Shown: positions 1 to 14,389, counted from the first letter of the stretch. The stretch is 64,000 nucleotides of DNA from Eledone cirrhosa (GCA_964016885.1 OZ024764.1:23994001-24058000); one strand, 5' to 3'. Numbers and translations are program-made. Notes: a model not told the origin generated them from the sequence alone.

Positions 1-157
1 CACGGCCATTTGCCAATATCGTTTGTTTTTATTGATTTATTATTTTAAATCGAGACAGGCAAACTGTATTATTATAATTAGTATTTTTCAATCTAGCTAA
101 CTTAGTCATTTACAATACAAACACATATATGTTGGTATTTGTGTTTTATCATATATA

Positions 158-748
<591 letters not shown>

Positions 749-751
749 TAC

Positions 752-1168
752 CGGCTGTGAGGAGTTGAGAAGCTTCTGTGGCAGGACATCACTGGGCTGG
801 TTGTTGAGGTGGGTGGCTGGGGTAGATGTCGTGAAGGGGCCACCTTGGTGAGACGGGGACTGTAACGAGGATGAGGATGACTGTGTGACGGCTGGCAGCA
901 TGACTACCGGTGAGTCTTGACCCGACAACTGTGACGACGACGACGACGACGGTGGTGGTGGAGGTGGTGACGACATGTTGCTGCCCACCACGGCGGCCAT
1001 ATTGGTTCTGTCTTCCTTCAGCTTGACAGGTTCCTGCTGTGACATGAGGCTCTGCAGGCTGGCACCCCCGCCACTGACAACACCACCACTGCCACTGGCA
1101 TCATCATCATCATCATCGACGATCATGTGAAGCGAGGAAGCTGGGGTCTGGCTGGTGTGGACTTGACC
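752..1168 (-). CDS. RPGRIP1L: Probable RPGRIP1L-like exon; low-complexity S/P/D-rich linker
   Basis: tccccgcag|GGTCAA...CAGCCG|gtatat; 417-nt open frame in phase 0, a GC-rich island amid AT repeats; no recognisable homology and the donor is less certain. Confidence 0.7.
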
Positions 1169-1318
1169 CTGCGGGGACAAAATATGTAAAACAGATTAAA
1201 TTAGGAGGAGGCTATGTAGCCGGTAAGAGTGTCAGACACCAAAAGTTGTTGCCAGAGTTGAGACAACTTGAAATGTTTTCCACCTTAAATTGTTAAAAAA
1301 ACAAGTTAAAATCATTTA

Positions 1319-4300
1319 GAGACAAGAGAGGTGTAAACCTACATATACACACATCTACAGGTAAATATATAGACAGATAGAGACAAGACAGGTGTAAACC
1401 TACATATACACACATCTACAGGTAGATATATAGACAGATAGAGACAAGACAGGTGTAAACTTACATATACACACATCTACAGGTAAATATATAGACAGAT
1501 AGAGACAAGACAGGTGTAAACCTACATATACACACATCTACAGGTAGATATATAGACAGATAGAGACAAGAGAGGTGTAAACCTACATATACACACATTT
1601 ACAGGTAGATATATAGACAGGTAGAGACAAGAGAGGTGTAAACCTACATATACACACATCTACAGGTAAATATATAGACAGATAGAGACAAGAGAGGTGT
1701 AAACCTACATATACACACATCTACAGGTAGATATATAGACAGATAGAGACAAGACAGGTGTAAACTTACATATACACACATCTACAGGTAAATATATAGA
1801 CAGATAGAGACAAGACAGGTGTAAACCTACATATACACACATCTACAGGTAGATATATAGACAGATAGAGACAAGAGAGGTGTAAACCTACATATACACA
1901 CATTTACAGGTAGATATATAGACAGGTAGAGACAAGAGAGGTGTAAACCTACATATACACACATCTACAGGTAAATATATAGACAGGAAGAGACAAGAGA
2001 GGTGTAAACTTACATATACACACATCTACAGGTAGATATATAGACAGATAGAGACAAGAGTGGTGTAAACCTACATATACACACATCTACAGGTAAATAT
2101 ATAGACAGATAGAGACAAGAGAGGTGTAAACCTACATATACACACATCTACAGGTAAATATATAGACAGGTAGAGACAAGACAGATGTAAACCTACATAT
2201 ACACACATCTACAGGTAGATATATAGACAGATAGAGACAAGAGAGGTGTAAACCTACATATACACACATCTACAGGTAGATATATAGACAGATAGAGACA
2301 AGACAGGTGTAAACCTACATATACACACATCTACAGGTAAATATATAGACAGATAGAGACAAGAGAGGTGTAAACCTACATATACACACATCTACAGGTA
2401 GATATATAGACAGATAGAGACAAGAGGGGTGTAAACCTACATATACACACATCTACAGGTAAATATATAGACAGATAGAGACAAGACAGGCGTAAACCTA
2501 CATATACACACATCTACAGGTAGATATATAGACAGATAGAGACAAGACAGGTGTAAACCTACATATACACACATCTACAGGTAGATATATAGACAGATAG
2601 AGACAAGACAGGTGTAAACCTACATATACACACATCTACAGGTAAATATATAGACAGATAGAGACAAGACAGGTGTAAACCTACATATACACACATCTAC
2701 AGGTAAATATATAGACAGATAGAGACAAGAGAGATGTAAACCTACATATACACACATCTACAGGTAAATATATAGACAGATAGAGACAAGACAGGTGTAA
2801 ACCTACATATACACACATCTACAGGTAAATATATAGACAGATAGAGACAAGACAGATGTAAACCTACATATACACACATCTACAGGTAAATATATAGACA
2901 TATAGAGACAAGAGAGGTGTAAACCTACATATACACACATCTACAGGTAGATATATAGACAGATAGAGACAAGACAGGTGTAAACCTACATATACACACA
3001 TCTACAGGTAGATATATAGACAGATAGAGACAAGACAGGTGTAAACCTACATATACACACATGTACAGGTAAATATATAGACAGGAAGAGACAAGAGAGG
3101 TGTAAACCTACATATACACACATCTACAGGTAGATATATAGACAGATAGAGACAAGACAGGTGTAAACCTACATATACACACATCTACAGGTAGATATAT
3201 AGACAGATAGAGACAAGAGAGGTGTAAACCTACATATACACACATCTACAGGTAAATATATAGACAGATAGAGACAAGAGAGGTGTAAACCTACATATAC
3301 ACACATCTACAGGTAAATATATAGACAGGTAGAGACAAGAGAGGTGTAAACCTACATATACACACATCTACAGGTAAATATATAGACAGGTAGAGACAAG
3401 AGAGGTGTAAACCTACATATACACACATCTACAGGTAAATATATAGACAGGTAGAGACAAGAGAGGTGTAAACCTACATATACACACATGTACAGGTAAA
3501 TATATAGACAGGTAGAGACAAGAGAGGTGTAAACCTACATATACACACATCTACAGGTAAATATATAGACAGGTAGAGACAAGAGAGGTGTAAACCTACA
3601 TATACACACATCTACAGGTAGATATATAGATAGATAGAGACAAGTGTGGTGTAAACTTACATATATACACATCTACAGGTAAATATATAGACAGATAGAG
3701 ACAAGAGAGGTGTAAACCTACATATACACACATCTACAGGTAGATATATAGACAGATAGAGACAAGACAGGTGTAAACCTACATATATACACATCTACAG
3801 GTAGATATATAGACAGATGGAGACAAGAGAGGTGTAAACCTACATATACAGGTAAATATATAGACAGATAGAGACAAGACAGGTGTAAACCTACATATAC
3901 ACACATCTACAGGTAAATATATAGACAGATAGAGACAAGAGAGGTGTAAACCTACATATACACACATCTACAGGTAGATATATAGACAGATAGAGACAAG
4001 AGAGGTGTAAACCTACATATACACACATCTACAGGTAGATATATAGACAGATAGAGACAAGACAGGTGTAAACCTACATATACACATATCTACAGGTAAA
4101 TATATAGACAGATAGAGAAAAAAGGACAGGTGTAAACCTACATATACACACATCTACAGGTAAATATATAGGACAGATAGACAAGAGAGGTGTAAACCTA
4201 CATATACACACATCTACAGGTAGATATATAGACAGATAGAGACAAGACAGGTGTAAACCTACATATACACACATCTACAGGTAGATATATAGGACAGATA

Positions 4301-6412
4301 GAGACAAGAGAGGTGTAAACCTACATATACACACATCTACAGGTAGATATATAGACAGATAGAGACAAGACAGGTGTAAAACCTACATATACACACATCT
4401 ACAGGTAGATATATAGACAGATAGAGACAAGACAGATGTAAACCTACATATACACACATCTACAGGTAAATATATAGACAGATAGAGACAAGACAGATGT
4501 AAACCTACATATACACACATCTACAGGTAAATATATAGACAGATAGAGACAAGACAGGTGTAAACCTACATATACATATATCTACAGGTAGAGACAAGAG
4601 AGGTGTAAAACCTACATATACACACATCCTACAGGTAAATATATAGACAGATAGAGACAAGAGAGGTGTAAACCTACATATACACACATCTACAGGTAGA
4701 TATATAGACAGATAGAGACAAGAGAGGTGTAAACCTACATATACACACATTTACAGGTAAATATATAGACAGATAGAGACAAGACAGGTGTAAACCTACA
4801 TATACACACATCTACAGGTAAATATATAGACAGATAGAGACAAGAGAGGTTTAAAACCTATATATTATACACATCTACAGGTAAAATATATAGACAGATA
4901 GAGACAAGACAGGTGTAAACCTACATATACACACATCTACAGGTAAATATATAGACAGGTAGAGACAAGAGAGGTGTAAACCTACATATACACACATCTC
5001 CAGGTAAATATATAGACAGATAGAGACAAGAGAGGTGTAAACCTACATATACACACATCTACAGGTAAAATAATAGACAGATAGAGACAAGAGAGGTGTA
5101 AACCTACATATACACACATCTACAGGTAGATATATAGACAGATAGAGACAAGACAGGTGTAAACCTACATATACACACATCTACAGGTAGAGACAAGACA
5201 GATGTAAACCTACATATACACACATCTACAGGTAAATATATAGACAGATAGAGACAAGACAGGTGTAAACCTACATATACACACATCTACAGGTAAATAT
5301 ATAGACAGATAGAGACAAGAGAGGTGTAAAACCTACATATACACACATCTACAGGTAAATATATAGACAGGTAGAGACAAGAGAGGTGTAAACCTACATA
5401 TACATACATCTACAGGTAAATATATAGACAGGTAGAGACAAGAGAGGTGTAAAACCTACATATACACACATCTACAGGTAGATATATAGACAGATAGAGA
5501 CAAGTGAGGTGTAAACCTACATATACACACATCTACAGGTAAATATATAGACAGATAGAGACAAGGACAGGTGTAAACCTACATATACACACATCTACAG
5601 GTAGATATATAGACAGATAGAGACAAGAGAGGTGTAAACCTACATATACACACATCTACAGGTAGATATATAGACAGATAGAGACAAGAGAGGTGTAAAC
5701 CTACATATACACACATCTACAGGTAGATATATAGACAGATAGAGACAAGGACAGGTGTAAACCTACATATACACACATCTACAGGTAGATATATAGACAG
5801 ATAGAGACAAGACAGGTGTAAACCTACATATACACACATCTACAGGTAGATATATAGACAGATAGAGACAAGAGAGGTGTAAACCTACATATACACACAT
5901 CTACAGGTAGATATATAGACAGATAGAGACAAGACAGGTGTAAACCTACATATACACACATCTACAGGTAGATATATAGACAGATAGAGACAAGACAGGT
6001 GTAAACCTACATATACACACATCTACAGGTAGATATATAGACAGATAGAGACAAGAGAGGTGTAAACCTACATATACACACATCTACAGGTAAATATATA
6101 GACAGGAAGAGACAAGAGAGGTGTAAACCTACATATACACACATCTACAGGTAGATATATAGGACAGATAGAGGACAAGAGAGGTGTAAACCTACATATA
6201 CACACATTTCCAGGTAAATATATAGACAGATAGAGACAAGACAGGTGTAAACCTACATATACAGGTAAATATATAGACAGATAGAGACAAGACAGGTGTA
6301 AACCTACATATACACACATCTACAGGTAGATATATAGACAGATAGAGACAAGACAGGTGTAAACCTACATATACACACATCTACAGGTAAATATATAGAC
6401 AGATAGAGACAA
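1319..6412. repeat. 61-bp minisatellite, ~84 copies
   Basis: Unit AGACAAGAGAGGTGTAAACCTACATATACACACATCTACAGGTAAATATATAGACAGATAG. Confidence 0.97.
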
Positions 6413-6659
6413 CTGAAGGGGCTGGTCAAACGAGATAGCGATATGTGTTGCATCCCTTTTAGGTTTATCAGCCTATTTGATTAAATTAATATCACTGCTG
6501 TTGCCGACATTTACCATCATTTATTGTCCATCTTCCTTGCTAGGGGGGGTTGGCTAGGTCATCACAGACCAAGTCAGTACTTAAGCCAAAGCCCACTGAC
6601 ACCCCATTCTTAGATGGGCCAGGGCCCTACATTATCATTATCATCATTGTCATTGATTG

Positions 6660-7213
6660 ACCCTTTACAGTGTGGACTGGGTACTTTTTGTTGTGACACC
6701 TACATGACCCCTTTATAGTGTGGACTGGGTGTTTTTTGTCATGACGCCTACATGACCCCTTTATAGTGTGGACTGGGTGTTTTTTGTTGTGACACCTACA
6801 TGACCACTTTACAGTGTGGACTGGGTACTTTTTGTTGTGACACCTACATGACCACTTTACAGTGTGGACTGGGTAATATTTGTTGTGACACCTACATGAC
6901 CACTTTACAGTGTGGACTGGGTACTTTTTGTTGTGGCCCCTACATGACTACTTTACAGTGTGGACTGGGTACTTTTTGTTGTGGCCCCTACATGACCACT
7001 TTACAGTGTGGACTGGATACTTTTTGTTGTGACACCTACATGACCACTTTACAGTGTGGACTGGGTACTTTTTGTTGTGGCCCCTACATGACCACTTTAC
7101 AGTGTGGACTGGGTAATATTTGTTGTGACACCTACATGACCACTTTACAGTGTGTACTGGGTGCTTTTTGTTGTGACCCCTACACGACCACTTTACAGTG
7201 TCGACTGGGTACT
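6660..7213 (-). repeat. 48-bp minisatellite derived from RTE 3' UTR, ~11 copies
   Basis: Reverse complement of the 27290-31340 unit (ACCACTTTACAGTGTGGACTGGGTACTTTTTGTTGTGACACCTACATG). Confidence 0.92.
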
Positions 7214-7362
7214 TCACTAGGTCTATACTTCAGCTTGTCCCCCTAGTGTAATGTATATGTTTCAAAGACATTGCAAAAGGAATACAAAAAACAACATCCA
7301 CACAAACAAACAAGACCTATAAACCCAACAATATATCTATTATCTACCTGATCAAGACTTAC

Positions 7363-7662
7363 CTGTGTAATAGCAGCAGTTTCAGGTGGGTAGAGGGCTG
7401 ACACGTGGGAGAGGGAAAGGCCTGAGGGTGGGGCAAGGTAGGCATTCTGCCAGTGGACTGCAACTTCAATCTGGCCGTTGACTGTAGGGGGCTGGGCAGT
7501 GGCAGGGGGGGTGGGGTCAGTCGTAGTGGGGGCCAGCTCGTGTAGTTCAAAGAATCCCTTGATGGAGCCGTCGTGAGCGAGGGAGAGCAGTGGCACACTG
7601 GTGGAGCAGAGGTACCCTGTCTCCTCGGGGTCGCAGTCATCAAACACGAATATCTGCAGAGT
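7363..7662 (-). CDS. RPGRIP1L: RPGRIP1L-like exon; end of second C2 domain
   Basis: ttgtctctag|ACTCTG...ACACAG|gtaagt; TLQIFVFDDCDPEETGYLCSTSVPLLSLAHDGSIKGFFEL...GQIEVAVHWQNAYLAPPSG...; 300 nt, in frame. Confidence 0.92.
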
Positions 7663-7729
7663 CTAGAGACAAGGAAAGACAATTAATATAAAATAAAATA
7701 AAAAGACAACTAAAAATAAGTATAACAGG

Positions 7730-7765
7730 TATATATACATTATATATATATATATATATATACAT

Positions 7766-7803
<38 letters not shown>

Positions 7804-7852
7804 TAATGTATATATATATATATATACATTATATATATATACATATATATAC

Positions 7853-7901
<49 letters not shown>

Positions 7902-7925
7902 TATATATATATATATATATATATA

Positions 7926-7963
<38 letters not shown>

Positions 7964-7987
7964 TATATATATATATATATATATATA

Positions 7988-8025
<38 letters not shown>

Positions 8026-8051
8026 TATATATATATATATATATATATATA

Positions 8052-8101
<50 letters not shown>

Positions 8102-8116
8102 TATATATATATATAC

Positions 8117-8161
<45 letters not shown>

Positions 8162-8186
8162 TATATATATATGTATATATATATAC

Positions 8187-8235
<49 letters not shown>

Positions 8236-8269
8236 TATATATATATGTATATATATATATAATGTATAC

Positions 8270-8305
<36 letters not shown>

Positions 8306-8364
8306 GTATATATATATATGTATATATATATATATACATTATATATATATATATATATATATAC

Positions 8365-8403
<39 letters not shown>

Positions 8404-8512
8404 TATATATATATATACATTATATATATATATATATATACATTATATATATATATATATATACATTATATATATATATATATATATATACATTATATAT
8501 ATATATATATAC

Positions 8513-8555
<43 letters not shown>

Positions 8556-8624
8556 TATATATATATATATATATATACATTATATATATATATATATATA
8601 TACATTATATATATATATATATAC

Positions 8625-8669
<45 letters not shown>

Positions 8670-8847
8670 TATATATATATATATATATACATTATATATA
8701 TATATATATACATTATATATATATATACATTATATATATATATATATACATTATATATATATATATATACATTATATATATATATATATAATGTATATAT
8801 ATATATATAATGTATATATATATATATATAATGTATATATATATATA

Positions 8848-8896
<49 letters not shown>

Positions 8897-8910
8897 CATA
8901 TATATATATA
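7730..8910. repeat. (TA)n microsatellite with CAT/ATG interruptions
   Basis: Direct reading. Confidence 0.97.
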
Positions 8911-9063
8911 TTAGGCATACATCAAGACGGGCGGTCTCAAAAGTGAAATTAATTTTTGACGTGTGTATATATATGTGTGTGTGTATGTATATATATATGT
9001 GTGTAGATATATATATATATGTGTGTGTGTATGTATATATATATATATGTGTGTATATATATA

Positions 9064-9094
<31 letters not shown>

Positions 9095-9643
9095 GTGTGT
9101 AGATATATATATATATGTGTGTGTGTATGTATATATATATATATGTGTGTAGATATATATATATATGTGTGTGTGTATGTATATATATATATATGTGTGT
9201 TTGTATATATATATGTGTTTGTGTCATCATCATCGTTTAACGTCTATCTTCCACGCAAGCATGGGTTTAGATGTATATATATGTTTGTGTGTATATATAT
9301 GTGTGTTAGTGTGTATATATATGTGTCTGTATAAATATATATGTGTATGTATAGTACGTTATTCCGGGTTGAATCGGAGGTAACCACAGTAAGATTCCTG
9401 ATGATTTCTAAAGAATGAAACAGTTCTAGTCCTGTAGAATCTCTTCTATATTAAAACTATGTGTATGTATATATATATTTATGCACACATACACATTTGT
9501 ATGAATGTGTAGATGTATATATATATGCATGTACACAATAGTATGGTTTTTTTTAAAAATAATGACATTGTGTGTGAAAGTAATCACTTATGTAACTGTC
9601 AAAAATTAGTTTCACTTTTGAGACCGTCCGTCTTGACGTATGC

Positions 9644-9647
<4 letters not shown>
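8911..9647. mobile_element. MITE-like element with ~50-bp terminal inverted repeats in a TA context
   Basis: TTAGGCATACATCAAGACGGGCGGTCTCAAAAGTGAAATTAATTTTTGAC (8911-8960) has a near-perfect reverse complement at 9598-9647. Confidence 0.7.
9392..9442 (+). ncRNA. Hammerhead ribozyme motif (type I)
   Basis: AGATTC-CTGATGA-tTTCtaaaGAAt-GAAA-CAGttctagtcCTG-TA-GAATCT: stems I (6 bp), II and III plus complete core. Confidence 0.7.
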
Positions 9648-9677
<30 letters not shown>

Positions 9678-9723
9678 GTATATATAACAAAGGAGAGGCA
9701 CAGAAACAAAGAAAGGAATCCCC

Positions 9724-9768
9724 AGTCACTGAAGAGGTCACAGAGTGTGTGACGAAAGAACTATGACT
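9724..9768 (+). ncRNA. Minimal hammerhead ribozyme motif (Penelope-type)
   Basis: AGTCA-CTGAAGA-gGTCACAgagtgTGTGAC-GAAA-gaac-TA-TGACT. Confidence 0.7.
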
Positions 9769-11318
9769 ATATATAAACAACTATCTGGTTGTGGAACCAA
9801 CCAACCAACCAGAAATTTATAAATTTGTAAATTTATAAATATATAATAAATTGGAGTGGAGTGAAAGCAACTGGTGTGTGTGTTTCTTATTGGCAACATG
9901 ACCCTCCCAAAGTATAACAATATCGGTTTCAACACACGATTTCAGATAAAGAATCTTGCTAAACAAATTCAGAAACGAAGTATATATATAGTATTAAGGA
10001 TACTATTTATGGTTATGTATATACTAAAACCTTTTATAGTTATATATATTTTAAACCCTAAACAGTGAAAGACAGTAATTTATTACTACCTTATTACCAG
10101 TAAGATAAATAGCTCAATGTAAGAACATCAGTTGTTCTACAGAGCAGTTATATAAAAATTACATGAATCAAAGTTCTGTTTAAACCTTTTATTAGCTTAC
10201 AATTGTTTCATCCAAACCGAGGTTTGAAGTCTTTGGAGCAATTTTTCAATGATTGTTTACATACATGACCTCCTTCCCAACACAAGAGACATACAGAAAC
10301 ATATATATATATCGATGCACAGTGGGGTGACATATATTATATTATTTTAGCATGGTAATTTACATTCAAAAATTAAAATCATATTAAAAGAAAATTAAAA
10401 CAAAATTAAAGTTAAAATACAACATCAGCAGTTTACGAAGATAATGCAAGAGGATAGTTTTAAGTAGTTAGTGTATGCAATAGTTACATGTGGGGCATGC
10501 ACGTGTGTCTTATTTATATAAGATTATAGTGCGGCAGGGTGTTATATGGAATACAAGTACTTTAAGCGGGTAAACAAGAGTATTATGGGGGTTGTATTGG
10601 TAAAGTATTTTTTATGTATGATAAAGAAGCTTGTGTGCAGAGAAATATTAAAAATGAGAAGCAAAATAATGTTATGGTTTTCGTATACACCACCATTTTC
10701 ACAATCCAGGAAACGTAATAAATAGATTATATGTCCTTCACATAATTAAGGATGATTCGATATTGGATGCTTGATGTATTAGGTTAGAATATTACAGCTT
10801 GTTGTTCTTTAATCCAATTTTATAGAGCAGGTTGTTTTTGTTGCGAGAATTATCATCGTTTTATTTTCTGGAAGTATATGTGTGATTAAGGGGAGTTAAT
10901 GCGTGAGGGGAGGTAACTAGCTGATTTCTATAACTAAATTTATTTTTCCAATGTACATTAAATGGTGTCCCAATTTAGTCCCTAACATATATGGTTATAA
11001 ACAGTTTCTAAATTTAAGTATCCTATCTTTAAATAACACTCTAGTCTATCAAGAAGTACTAAAGGTGTCCATATTAGGATGATTACCCCCCCCCCCCATC
11101 ATAGAGTGCCACCACTGAATATTCCACATGAAGAGTCAGATCTCCAAATCAATGATCTTTGTAAATGTAGTCTACCCACAGAACCTGGCGGGGTTTTATT
11201 AGAACTACATCTATATACAACCCCTGGTAAGCTCTGGGTCAGCGCATGTCTGATTGCATGGCAAAGTTAAATATCTCTAGGCTACAAAACAAAACAGAAA
11301 ATACAGGGGAACCTTGAT

Positions 11319-12520
11319 TCATCATCATCGTCATCATCATCGTTTTACGTCCGTTCTTCCACACTAGCATGGGTTGGACGAATCGTTCTGTTGTGGGCAG
11401 TGTCCAGTCGACTGACCTTGTCTTGCTCATACGGGAACTGATTCTGGCTTGATTTCTACAGCTGGATGCCCTTCCTAACACCAACCTCATTTACGGTGAG
11501 TGCTGGGTGCTTTTTTTTCTATGGGCTTACACGTCCACTTTACTGTGTGGGCTACGTGCTTTTTTGCCGTGGCACCTATGCAGTGGGAGGGTGTGGGGGC
11601 ATATTGTCTATATGCTTCAGCTATGGCTTGTACCAGTGGGGGCTCGGGTCTTCTGTATTACTGCGTGACGCCAGAGGTCACGGTTGTGTGTCATTTCTCT
11701 TGAGAGGTGTAGTTGGGTAAGGTCGGCTTTTATCACTTCATCCCAGGTCTTCTTGGGTCTCCCCACTCCCTGATTTCTATCGACTTCTAGTGCTCTGCAC
11801 ATTTTTATGCAGCTGTCATCCTTCATACGCATCACATGTCCAACGCAACCTCCTCTCCTGCACACAGCATTTGATTCCTCTTATGCTCAGTCTCTCTCTC
11901 AATTCATTTATGCTTTGCTGTTCGTGTATATTACTATTACACATCCATCGGAGCATGCAGGCTTCGCTTCTTTCTAATCTACGCAAGTCTTCTACAGACA
12001 GCACCCAGGTCTCACTACCATGCAACATTGCTGTTCGTATGCACGCATCATACAGTCTGCCTTTCATTTTGAGGGAAAAGCCTTTCGCAGCTAGCAGTGG
12101 CAGTAGCTCCCTGAACTTCTTCCATCCCGTTCTTACCATAGTTATTGTACTTTCCGAACACCCACCTCCACTGCTAATTCGGTCACCTAGGTAGAAGAAG
12201 CTGTCTACTGTCTCTACAGAGCCCTCCCAGAGATTGGTGGTACTTGTTTCCTGTGGTTGTTTGCTGCTTGCTGTCCCAGCACAGCTGCTACATGTGAAGC
12301 CTACATTCTTAGTTAAGCTTCCTGAGATCCCACTACATCTCTTGTGTACCCATTGTTTGCATTTGGGGCAGAGAATGGAGTTCCTACCTACACCTTTCCT
12401 ACATACTGAGCAAGGCCATTTCCCTGAGGGAATCTGGGTTCTGTTTTCGCGTCTACTTACAAGAACCTTAGTTTTTGTCAGGTTGACTTTGAGACCCTTT
12501 CTTTCTAGTCCCTGCCTCCA
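11319..12520 (-). mobile_element. RTE-clade LINE, 5'-truncated copy
   Basis: Translates to ..WPCSVCRKGVGRNSILCPKC..RTGWKKFRELLPLL..ERRLRW..GRPKKTW; (CAT)n tail on the + strand at 11319-11341. Confidence 0.93.
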
Positions 12521-12631
12521 TATATATATATATATATATATACATATATATATGGTATAGAATGAAACGAAATTTCATTTTTCACTCTTAGTACGGCACT
12601 TACTTAAATGTAAGTATGCATGTATGTATGG

Positions 12632-12885
12632 TGCTACTGGTAACATGTATCCCAGTACAACCTGTCTCATGGTCGGGTCGTTGGCGACTAAACTGGCAAC
12701 CCCACCAAGGTTTCTTGGTGAGGAGGGTGACTTTGGACATCCTGCAGGACTAAAAACAAAACCTGTCAAAGGGCAAAGGAGCTCTTAAGAGTCAATGGCC
12801 ATCCAAAATCACCGGGAGAGATGACCCCTTAGCCTTTGTCAAGGCAGAATTCTAGGAGAAGGAAAACTCTGATATAACACCTGCA
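12632..12885 (+). repeat. Dispersed repeat of unknown class, possibly a retroelement 5' UTR; second copy at 43556-43726
   Basis: CTACTGGYAACATGTA...TTGGCGACTAAA...GAGGGTGA...AGAGTCAAYGGCCATCCAA shared between the two loci. Confidence 0.6.
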
Positions 12886-13406
12886 ACCCTGATGGTATCC
12901 AATGATGTTGACTTGTTCTTCTTTTTGGTAAATATCATCTTGGTTAAGAGAGTGGGACTGGCTTTGTGCAGTGCCTTTGCTCACTATAAAAGCTTCATGG
13001 CACAGGCATTGCTTTATATCTGGAGATCTCTTTGCACTTGTCCTCACATGGTACCATGGGCCCAGCACTATGTGTCAATAATTGTCACAAGTGTAGTGTT
13101 TGTACCAGAGGTTTCAAGTCGCTGGCTGGACTAAAAAGTCACACTCGTTCAGCGCTTCGGTAGGGGTTCTCCTACATGGATATAAAGTAGTGGCCGTACT
13201 CGAAAACGAGTTGGCAGCCACCATACGTACATACATATATGTATACAGATGTACAGTAGTATATATATCCATACATGCACATATCGGTTTACCGAACATT
13301 TATTATAATGCTCGGTTTGTTTGTTTGTAAACAAAGAAACATCCCGAATTACGCCGTACAGTGTTTAGGAAACCACGTCACCTTTTTGTTCAACACTGAC
13401 ACAGGA

Positions 13407-13449
13407 ACGATGTACTAGTTTCAAGCTTATTAGCTATCGTCAGCATCGT
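13407..13449 (-). ncRNA. Minimal hammerhead ribozyme (Penelope-type)
   Basis: Minus strand ACGATG-CTGACGA-tAGCTaataAGCTt-GAAA-CTAG-TA-CATCGT; palindromic CTAG stem III. Confidence 0.85.
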
Positions 13450-13578
13450 ATACCTTCCTGCCAGATGGTTGAACGTCTGAAAGTATTTACTTTCCTTATG
13501 CATATTAACGGCTCAGCAGTTAATATGCATAAGGAAAGTATATACTTTCAAACGTTCAATTGACTGACAGGAAGGTAT

Positions 13579-13621
13579 ACGTTGCTGATGATAGCTAATA
13601 AGCTTGAAACTAGTACAGCGT
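13579..13621 (+). ncRNA. Minimal hammerhead ribozyme (Penelope-type)
   Basis: ACGTTG-CTGATGA-tAGCTaataAGCTt-GAAA-CTAG-TA-CAGCGT. Confidence 0.85.
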
Positions 13622-13851
13622 TCCTTTGTCAGTGTTGAACAAACGAGCAACAATGGTTGCTAGACACTACGGCTTAATATGGGATGTTTGTTTACAAACA
13701 CACCGAGCATTATAATAAATGTTCGGTAAACCGATACGTACATATATATATGTGTGCATGTATGTATATATATATATATATATACATACTACTGTACGTC
13801 TGTATACATATATGTATGTAGGTATACATACATACATATATATACATATGT

Positions 13852-14202
13852 GGAGGCACATGGCTTAGTGGTTAGAGCATTGGGCTTGCAATCGAAAGGT
13901 TGTGAGTTCAATTCTCAGACCGGGTGATGTGTTGTTTCCTTGAGCAAGAAACTTTATTTCACATTGCTCCAGTTTACTCAGCTGTAGAAATGAGATTATA
14001 GGGACTGGGGTCTCTATCATACCACTGTAAAGTGGTCGTGGAGGTGCCACGGCAAAAAAGCACCCAGCACTCACTGTAAATGAGGTTGGTCTTAGGAAGG
14101 GCATCCAGCTGTAGAAATCAAGCCAGAATCAGTTCCCGTCCCACCCTTGCAAGCAGGGAAAAAGCGGACATAAAATGGAATGATGATGATGATGATGATG
14201 AT
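13852..14202 (+). mobile_element. tRNA-derived CORE-type SINE with RTE-derived tail
   Basis: A box TGGCTTAGTGG, B box GTTCAATTC, CORE-like CCTTGAGCAAG..CTTT..CTCCAGTTTACTCAGCTGTAGAAATG, 3' end shared with local RTE copies, (GAT)n tail. Confidence 0.85.
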
Positions 14203-14389
14203 ACATATACTAAAAAACGATCTTCTACTTGTATTTAAACTCTTATTACTGTTATATGCTCATTTAATTATGGCCGAATTTCTAGGACCATATTATAAAA
14301 TAACCTTCTCAGTGGCCTATAATTATGTTTCTCCAACCAATCTCTTTCACAAAACCACTGCCTCGGCTATTCACTCCTTAAGTTTAAAC

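Larger units (their letters stand above)
13225..13822. mobile_element. Imperfect ~600-bp palindrome, probably an inverted Penelope pLTR pair
   Basis: Arms mirror about ~13514 (TATGCATATTAAC-ggctcagca-GTTAATATGCATA); one hammerhead per arm. Confidence 0.8.

Noticed and set aside
10080-11310. AT-rich unique stretch as a possible extra exon or TE ORF
   Set aside because: The flanking exons already join in frame and match the family continuously; no recognisable motif
13180-13222. Hairpin TGGCCGTACTCG-AAAA-CGAGTTGGCAGCCA, similar to 35448-35478; considered as an HDV-like ribozyme piece
   Set aside because: A nested double pseudoknot could not be built by eye; too short to call
13852-13925. tRNA gene candidate
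   Set aside because: A and B boxes are present but it continues into a CORE-like body and LINE tail, so it is a SINE head
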